A stretch of DNA of 64,000 nt from Mytilus californianus. Lineage: Eukaryota. The stretch spans positions 19,468,001 through 19,532,000 of the forward strand of contig NW_026262604.1 in assembly GCF_021869535.1 (NCBI RefSeq), read 5' to 3'. The notes under the pieces were generated by a model. The model did not search any database and was not told the origin of the DNA. It saw nothing but the letters and a program-made list of their open reading frames with translations. How positions within the stretch are numbered: position 1 is the stretch's first letter; each line of letters begins with the position of its first letter. Position numbers and translations under genes: made by a program. Positions 50,001 to 59,000 of this stretch are shown piece after piece.

Positions 50001-53000
50001 TGCGGGCGTATCCAGCTGCGCTCAGCGAAGCAGTTTATCCTAGTTTCCAGAAAATAACTTGTGTGTAAATGTATGGATTTTTCTGAATTTGTACCATAAG
50101 GTTCCATACCAAAAAAGGAAGGTTGGGATCGATTTTGGTGGTTATGGCCTTTTCTGTTTAGGAATTAGGGGTCAAAAACAATATTTGTATAAATTGTTTA
50201 TTTCTTGACCAATTTCAATAGGGTTTTATTCTTGAATTTTTGGGGTTCTTTAATATGCTGAATCTAACCGTGTATAACGTTTTTGGATTTTGGGCCCTGT
50301 TTTTAAAGTGGTCCACATTGAGATCCAAAGGGTCCAAAACTAAACTTTGTTTGATTTCATTAAAAATTGAATTATTAGCGTTCTTTGATATACGAATCTA
50401 TCCGTGTATTTAGATGTTTGATATTTGGTCCTGTTTTCAAACTGGGATACATTAAGGTCCGAAGGGTCCAAAATTAAACTTAGTTTGATTTTAACAAAAA
50501 ATATTCTTGATTTCTTGGGGTTCTTTGATATGCTGAATCTATACATGTATTTAGATTTTTGATTATGGGCCCAGTTTTCAAGTTGGTCCAAATTTGGGTC
50601 CAAAATTAAACTTTGTGTGATATCAACAAAAATTGAATTATTGGGGTTCTTTGATATGACGAATCTATTCGTGTATATAGATTTTTAATTTTTGGTCCCG
50701 TTTTCAAATTGGTCTTCATTAAGATCCAAAGGGTACAAAATTAAACTTAGTTTGATTTTAACAAAAATTTAATTCTTTGGGTTCTTTGATATGCTGAATC
50801 AAAACATGTATTTAAATTTTTGATTATGGGCCCAGTTTTCAAGTTGGTCCAAATCGGGGTCCAAAATAAAACTTTGTTTGATTTCAACAAAAATTTAATT
50901 ATTGTGGTTCTTTGATATGCTGAATCTAACTGTGTTTGGATTTTGGGCCCTGTTGTCAAATTAGTTAACATTGAGGTCAAAAGGGTCCAAAATTACACTT
51001 TTCTTTTATTAAAAGATAAACTTTGTTTGATTTCTGACATCAAAAATATAATTAATGTTAGTCTTTTATTTGATATGCTGAATTCTAACCATGTATATTA
51101 AGAAATTGTTGAACATCCTTACATATGATATTGTTTAGTTCTTTTTGAATGACAACTGTTACCTGCATGATTTTCTATTTATAGAATTTATACACATATT
51201 CACAAGATAGCGAGGGGCAAGTTAGTACAGTGTGCAGCAGTCAAGATTCAAGTTGGAGCCAAGGGGACGAAGCATTGCCTCTTAAAGAAATCCAAATTGC
51301 TGATATCAACAAGGCTATTTATGTTCTAGGTCAAGGTTGTATCAGTCCACTTAGATCAAAGCTGAACACAAATATAGATAAAGCAAAAGACAGAACCATC
51401 CGATACTACAAAAGAAAGGCTGAGGAAACATCTGAAGCTCTATATAATGCTATTGCACCTAAACAAGGAACTAAACTAAGGAGAATTTCTGATCAGGTTC
51501 CAGTAACGAAAGGTGATGATGACCTTCTTCATGTTGTTTCCCAGATGTGCAAAAGTATAAAGGATGCAGATGTAAAGTGTCAACTTTTGTCTCTTGTTGT
51601 GAACCAGTTTTCAAAGACTGATTTGTTGACATGGATTCCTGAGATCACAAAATATCAAATAGATAAAGCCAGAAAACATGCATTTGTTAATGGTCCTGGC
51701 TCATGTATACAATCTTCAAAGACACAACAACATAGAAAGAGAATAAACTATGTCATGTTACAGCATGCTGTAGAATTCTTCAGTGACCCATCTTTCAACC
51801 AAATATCTTCTTACACTACCCATGACCTAAAATTAGACTCGGGAGATATTCTTGTTATCCCAGATGTTGTTAGAACAGTCATCCATTCAAACTTGATTAA
51901 ACTGTATAAACTCTACTGTGCCGACAATGATTTCAATCCTCTAAGTGACTCAACACTGTATCAAGTTTTGAATGCATGTGAAGCATCCAAAAGGAAGTGC
52001 CTTAAAGGTTTAGACAACATTGCTGTAGATGGCACCACAGCAATTGACAACATTTTGTCCTTAATTTCCAAGCTGAACAAAACAGAGGACTGGAAGAGTA
52101 CATTTAAGAGCAACATTTTAAATAGTAGACTGTACTTAAAAACAGAATACAAACTGCATATAAAAAGAGAAGATGAATGTGCCTTCCATTGCCTGCAGTA
52201 TTCATTAAGTGATCCAAAAGTTGGTGCCCTTAGTGTTGGATGTGAACATGCATCAAAAGGCATGCGACAGATGTCTGCTGCTTGGAGATATTGTTGAAGA
52301 AGTTCGGTTGGCCATTTTATCCAGCTGTCCAGAGGATCAAAAAGCTTTCCTCCAAGACCTGGAAATATCAACAAGGCAGATTGAGGACTGGAGATCTCAC
52401 ATCTTGAGAACAATCTACCAAGATGATGCCAGGTTTGATCTTCTGAACAGCATACAAGGCAATGAAGTAATTATTATCATGGATTGGGCAATGAAATACC
52501 TTCCACAGATGTTTAGGGAAAGAATGAAAGATTTCTTTGGTCAAAAAGGGATGCACTGGCATGTGTGTGTTGCCATTTTTAAAGATGAAGACAACAGTTT
52601 AAAGGTAAGAGTAATATTATTTAAATGATAATCCTATTTACCATTATAATGAACCTAAATGTCATCAAACATGGCAGCCATTATTACTGAAAATTTAAAA
52701 TATATATATGCAACAAAAATCTTGAAAAACTCTGTAAACAAAAATATTACATTACAAAAATTATTATTGACCAAACAGCTAAAAGTGGCCCATTGATGAG
52801 GAAAAACTACAAGTAATGCAAAAAAAAAAAAAATCTTTAAAAAAACAATTGTTACTGAATTTCATGGAAATAATTCACCAAGCTTGGCCACCAAAATTCC
52901 TTAAAGGTGTAATACCACCATTGATTTTTCCCTATTAGTCTTTCTTAAATTTGCACTTTTCAAAAAATTGTGCAGAATTTATCTTTGTTTCAAATAAAGA

Positions 53001-56000
53001 AATACTTGGCATGAATAAAGTTTTATCATGTCCAGTACTACAGAAAAAATTTCACATAACATTTTATTGCATATAAGAAAATAACCATCACTGGAAGTTA
53101 ACCAATCAAATTTTCCCCCTTTTTAAACCTGTGTACTAGATTTAGTAACCATGTAACCTCAAGTTTCCAAAATATTTTATAGAAACCCCAAATAAAAAAA
53201 TAATGGTGCTTTGAAATACCCAAGATATATGTTTAAGACCCAGAAATGTTTTACTGCAATGAAATGTAGGATCAATTACCTACAACTGTCAAATTCAAGG
53301 GAATATTTTTTCCGACCTATTTTCGTATGCAACCGGATGTGACGTACTATGATTTGGTGGCATTACACCTAAACAAACATTTTGTTCCAAAATGATTGGA
53401 CAGTAACATGATGGCTGCATGGAACATAGTTAGGGAACCAACAAACCCTATGGGAAATTTTTTTAAGTACACATGTATGCTTTCACCAATCTGAACCAAA
53501 CTTGATAAGAATGATATTTGAAAATTCAATAAGTTTGTCAGTTACTTCGTTATCAAGCATGGTTAGGTCTGCAATTTCCCTTGAGTACTCTGGATTCCTA
53601 AAACATTGGCATTGGTGACCAATAGATAAATAAATCCATTCCCCATTTCCATTCTCAATTTTATTTATATTAAATGAGAAGACCTCATTTTGCGTGTTGC
53701 TTCTCTTTTTTCCACAATAAATTAATTATCAACCATCCGTGTCCTAACGGTACCATGCACAGTCGCATTTGTCATTCTCTTTTATGATTATTCAGTTTCG
53801 GTTATTTTGAGAGAAAAACGAAAATAAGGCGTCCAGATATTGTTTCCGTCATTGGAAAGATTTTTAAGTCATAGACAAGACTTCCGTTATATTTAGGACT
53901 GTGAAAACAACAAATAGTTTTGATAGATACTTGGGAACAGGACAATTATTTTTGCGTTACATATTCTATAAATAGAGTGTATTTGCTATTTACTGTTGGT
54001 GACACAGTGGAAAGTAAACTTTGAAATGATAGTAAATAGGAAATACACTTTATTTATAGTATATGTATGTTCATAGTAACAGAAGAATTGAATAATAGAA
54101 AACAAAAAATTACGGATTTTGGAAAAAGGAGGATGAAAGAAAAAAATTGTAATGTCAGCCTACAGAAGTTTTACATACTTTAAACCACGGTCTAAATTAC
54201 AGCTATTTCGCAGGTGTGTTTTAGTTTTATTTATTTGTAGAAAGTCATATTAAACACCATCCATACTTTGACGGTATACAATAAGAACTGATTTTTATTT
54301 TAGCACAAGACCTTTACTTATATAATGGACCATGTGAAGCAGAACTTCTTCGGTGTTTTATCCCTGTTGGAGCACACACTATCTTCTATTAAGAAACCGT
54401 TACCACAAATCACAGAGGCATACCTTAGATCTAACAACGCTGGTTGTTACCATTGTGGTCAGCTGTGGCTAGCAATACCAAGTTTGTCAGAATGAACAGG
54501 TAATATTATATCACTTTCACCGAAATACAAATATGGAGTTTTTTAGGATTTTGTTTTGGTACCATGCCCAACATAATAGGAGAGGGAGGGCATAGAAATA
54601 ACAGTGAGTTATGTCCCTTGGAAATGTTAATGACATAAATTCCTTTGTAAGGGCTCCCACATATACCATAATTGCTAGGTTTTTATAAAACTTGTATCAA
54701 ACATTGTCAAATGCTTATTCAAGAATGAGCAATTTCTGGGAAAAATTATTACAAATAGTTCAAGGTAATATTCTTTACAAAACACACAAATGTCATTATT
54801 CACCTCAAAAGCTAACAAAACCTTTAAACAGACTTATTAAGAAGGGATATGGTTATGATACTGTTGTCAGGTCATTAAAGATTGCATATTTTGGCTTTAA
54901 TATTGATTCACTTATAGGGTCTTTGCATCGGAATTAAACACATTTATTCTAAAACCAGTTGTTGGCATGACACGGGTTATGTTCTTCTCATATATTTTAT
55001 GACGGTTTAATACTAAACCCCTAACAGGAGGGATTGTGCCCGATATTCATATGATGAAGACATAATCTTGTCATAATGTCAGTAACTGCTAGTAGTCTGT
55101 TGTTATTTATGTATTATTGTCATTTTGTTCATTTTCTTTTGTTTCCTATTCTGACATCGGACTCGAACTTCTCTTATACTGAGTTTTACTTTGCGTACTG
55201 TTGTGCGTTTGTTTTTTCTACATTGGCTAGAGGTAAAGGAGGAGGGTTGAGATCTCAAAAAACATGTTTAACCCGCCGCATTTTTGCGCCTGTCTAATGT
55301 CAGGAGCCTCTGGCCTTTGTTAGTCTTGTATCATTTTTAATTTTAGTTTCCTGTGTGTAATTTGGAGTTTAGTATGACGTCCATTATCACTGAACTAGTA
55401 TATATAATTTGTTTAGGAGCCAGCTGAAGGACGCCTCCGGGTGCGGAATTTTCTCGCTGCATTGAAGACCTTGGTGGCCTTCAGCTGTTGTCTGCTCTAT
55501 GGTCGGGTTGTTGTCTCTTTGACATATTCCCCATTTATTCTAAATTTTATACATGTATATCCTGCTCCACATTTGTAAATTTTAATCCATCTCCAACATA
55601 AAGATAAATTAAGGAACAAGTGAAATGTACTGTAGGATAATATACCCTTTTAAAGGAATTTTAAAATTGGTGTATTTGCTGGACCAATTCACTAACATTT
55701 AAAGATGAATGCGAGGAAAAAATAAATATTTGAACTTCAAGCCAGTTTGTGTTAGTATCACCAAGATGTTGTTCACACTCGTTACAAAAAGTAAGTTTGT
55801 CAGGGTCATCTATCTAAAAAAAAAAGAAATAAGGTCAAAAGACACTACCATAAGCCCTCTCGACCAATCATATTATCTTATTCCTTAATATGATAATCAT
55901 ATAAGAATTATTGCAATATATATGTTTACTCTCATCAATGTTTGTAGGTTGTATCTTTATAAATAAAAAAAAAAAAAAGCATTATTTATTTTTTTAGGGA

Positions 56001-59000
56001 TACAAATCAAAAGTTATGATTATAGTGAGGCCCAGAGTGGCAAAAGCTACTGTGATCCTAAAATTGCCCATATGAGACAAAAAATGAGAATTTTCTCTGC
56101 AGAAGGCCATAACATCACTACAGCTATGCAGATGAAAGAAGCGATTGATAGTGGAGCTGGAGTTAAAGGAGTTTATGCATCAGTTGTTGATGTTGATACA
56201 AGAAAGCATCAGCTTAAAACACATTCTTGGAAAGGTGTAAGCTTTATCATGAATGTAGATTACACAAGTTCTGGAATAAAAACATGGAAAGCATACAGAA
56301 TAGGAGATGGTTGCTTTATCGAGAACAACAAGGTAAAGCAAATGTTTCGCGGTGAACAACCAGCTACTTGTTTACAGATCATCAGTGATGACTTTCAAGA
56401 TCATGAGTCATCAGGGCATATCAATCTAAAACAAGGAACATCAGCAGAAATTCATGAACAACATGTATCATCCAACCAAACTGCCTTTGCAAATGAACAA
56501 AGTTCCTCATCATCAAACCAATCAATAGTCATAGAACAACAAATTCCTCAATCATCAAATTGTACTACAGTCTTAGAAGAATTGGACACTTCCTTACAAG
56601 ACCATGAAGGCAATAATGTTGACAACGTATTCTATTGCCCAGAGTATGGCTGCACTAAGGCTTATCAGTCATTTGAAAAAATGCAAGATCACATTCTCAT
56701 TGGAAAACACTCAAAACAACTATTAAATGACTCAACTTATGACAGAGCTAAAAAGATATGGGCTGAAAAATGTGAAAATCTTCATGCTTCTACTCATGTC
56801 ACTATTGAATCGGATCCTGGAACCTCTAGCAGCAACAATTTCAATATACCTGCAATGGGTTGGGCATTAAAGAAAGAGAAAAAGTATGTCAGATTTTCAC
56901 AGAATGTGAAATCATATCTTACAGAATTATTTAAGATTGGAGAGGCTAGTGGCAAGAAAGAAAATCCAGCAGCTGTTGCTATGAACATGCGTAACATGTC
57001 AGATAATGGAAGACGAAATTTTTCCCCCAATGAATGGTTACAACCTAGCCAAATTGCATCATTTTTTTTCAAGACTTGCTATAAATGCAGGAAACACAAT
57101 AATGTGTATACACAGCTGTGATTTAGATGCTGGTGACAGTGATTTATTGGCCGTGCTGAATGAATTAGAGAATCCAGAAATCCATGAAAAATTACATTTA
57201 TAGTCAATCACTCTATTTGTCTGTTTGTAACTAAATCTTGAAGACATTTTATTTCACTATGACAAAATTTCAATGTGAGGGATATCACTCGTTTGGCTTT
57301 CATTGTTTGTACTTCAGTCGTCTGAACATAAAGTTTTGTAAGAAAGTTTATTGAAAGGTCATCTATAAAATTCACATGTTTTTATGCCCCACCTGTGATA
57401 AACACATTGGTTTTCTCACTCTTACTTTATATAAGTTAATTGATCTCTATGAAATTTTACCATAAGGTTAAATACCACAAAAGGAAGGTTGGGATTGATT
57501 TTGGGGGTTATGGTACCAACAGTTAAGGAATTAGGGGTCAAAAATAACTTCCAGACATAACTTGTGTATTAGTATATGGATCTCTCTGACATTGTACTAC
57601 AAGGTTCCATATCACAAAGGAAAAGCTGGGTTTGGGTTTGTGGGTAATTGCCCTAAACGTTTAGGAATTAGGGGCAAAAAAAACAAGCATTTTTCTAGTT
57701 TCCCGACAATAACTTGTGTTCAAGTGTATGGATCTCTCTGAAATTGTACTGCAAGGTACCATACCACAAAGGGAAGGCTGGGATTGAGTTTGGAGGTGAT
57801 GAATCATAAGGGGGTTCAAAAAATTTGGGGGGGATTTTTTTTTCCTTTTTTTTCTTTAAAATTTTCCATTTTAAATTGGTGATTTCTGATTAATATATAA
57901 AAGCAAATAATGATGATATGGTTTGAATAGGTAAATTAATTTTTTTTAAGTTCTTATACCACATTCATTCTGTGTCAGAAATATATGCTGTGTCAAATAT
58001 TTAATAACAATCCAAATTCAGTGCTGTATCAAGCTTGAATGTTGTGTCCATACTTGCCCCAACTGTTCAGGGTTCGACCTTTGCAGTAGTATCAAGCTGT
58101 GCCCAGCGGAGCATTTTATTTCCAATTTTATTTTTCCTCTAAAGCTATAGATACATATATATATAGTAGCTTGATGCAAGGTGTAGTTAGATTAAATAAA
58201 TTAGAAGGATGAAAACTACACACCCTCAAGATATCATAACAATCTGACTATCTTTTGGATTATGGCATATGAAATGTGAATTTTTTAAAAAGTGATTTTT
58301 GAAATTTTTTGCCTCCAGTTTGAGCTATTTAGGCTGTGGGCCTCTAGTTTTTAATCTTTTAAATACTCACACCCATGTAGACAACTGATTGTTTATGTTG
58401 CCATTAACTTATAATTCTAACCAAGTTCATGTTATTTTGCTGGTCTTCATTGTATGAAGCATTGTATTGTAAAATAGCAAAAAAAGGGTTCCGATGATCC
58501 CATTTTTTCTGAAATTTTAGCAGTTAGGCAATTTGTTGAAGGTCATTATATTAAGGTCAAGGTCATCAAATGTTGAAAACAATTAACAGAATTGATAACT
58601 GAAGTATTTGATTGAAAAATGTTTTGATTCAGTTTACTTAAGTAAATATTTTTTTTAATTGTCAATTTCAAGGGTCAAAATGGTTATTTGTTGTGCCGTG
58701 AAATTTGAAGTTATTTTAATAAACTTTTTTCCGGCAAAAAATAAAAAAACACGATTTTTTTTTCATCAAAATATTCAAAAACAGCATTGTTTTTAATATC
58801 AATAAATGAAATGTTCCTGTGAATGTGTTTTTTTTTAAAACCATTGTTCAAAAATGTCAAAAAACAGCCTTTATGGACAATTTCGCTTTCTCTGATTATA
58901 TGTTCAACAGAAAACATTAGTGTTAACATAGAAAGTAAGATAGGAGATGTTCATGTATAGAAATGCATTCTTAAATGTAACTTTTTATCATATACTTTAG

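Larger units (their letters stand above)
41297..57203 (+). pseudogene. Multi-exon DDD transposase (Sola3-like), inactivated
   Basis: Exons 41297-41699 (TAA at 41393), 42747-42808, 43765-43836, possibly 45682-45702, 45829-45918, 51185-52604 (frameshift ~52248), 54304-54499 (RSNNAGCYH; TGA at 54493) and 55998-57203 (frameshift ~57065); splice phases agree. Motifs: CPYHR..LG..WR, DWAMKYLP..FGQKG..WH, YSEAQSGKSYCD, a C2H2-like CPEYGC..HILIGKH, and GWALKK. Confidence 0.85.

Noticed and set aside
51961-52562. Minus-strand ORFs opposite the transposase, also 56794-57247
   Set aside because: Antisense shadows of transposase exons.
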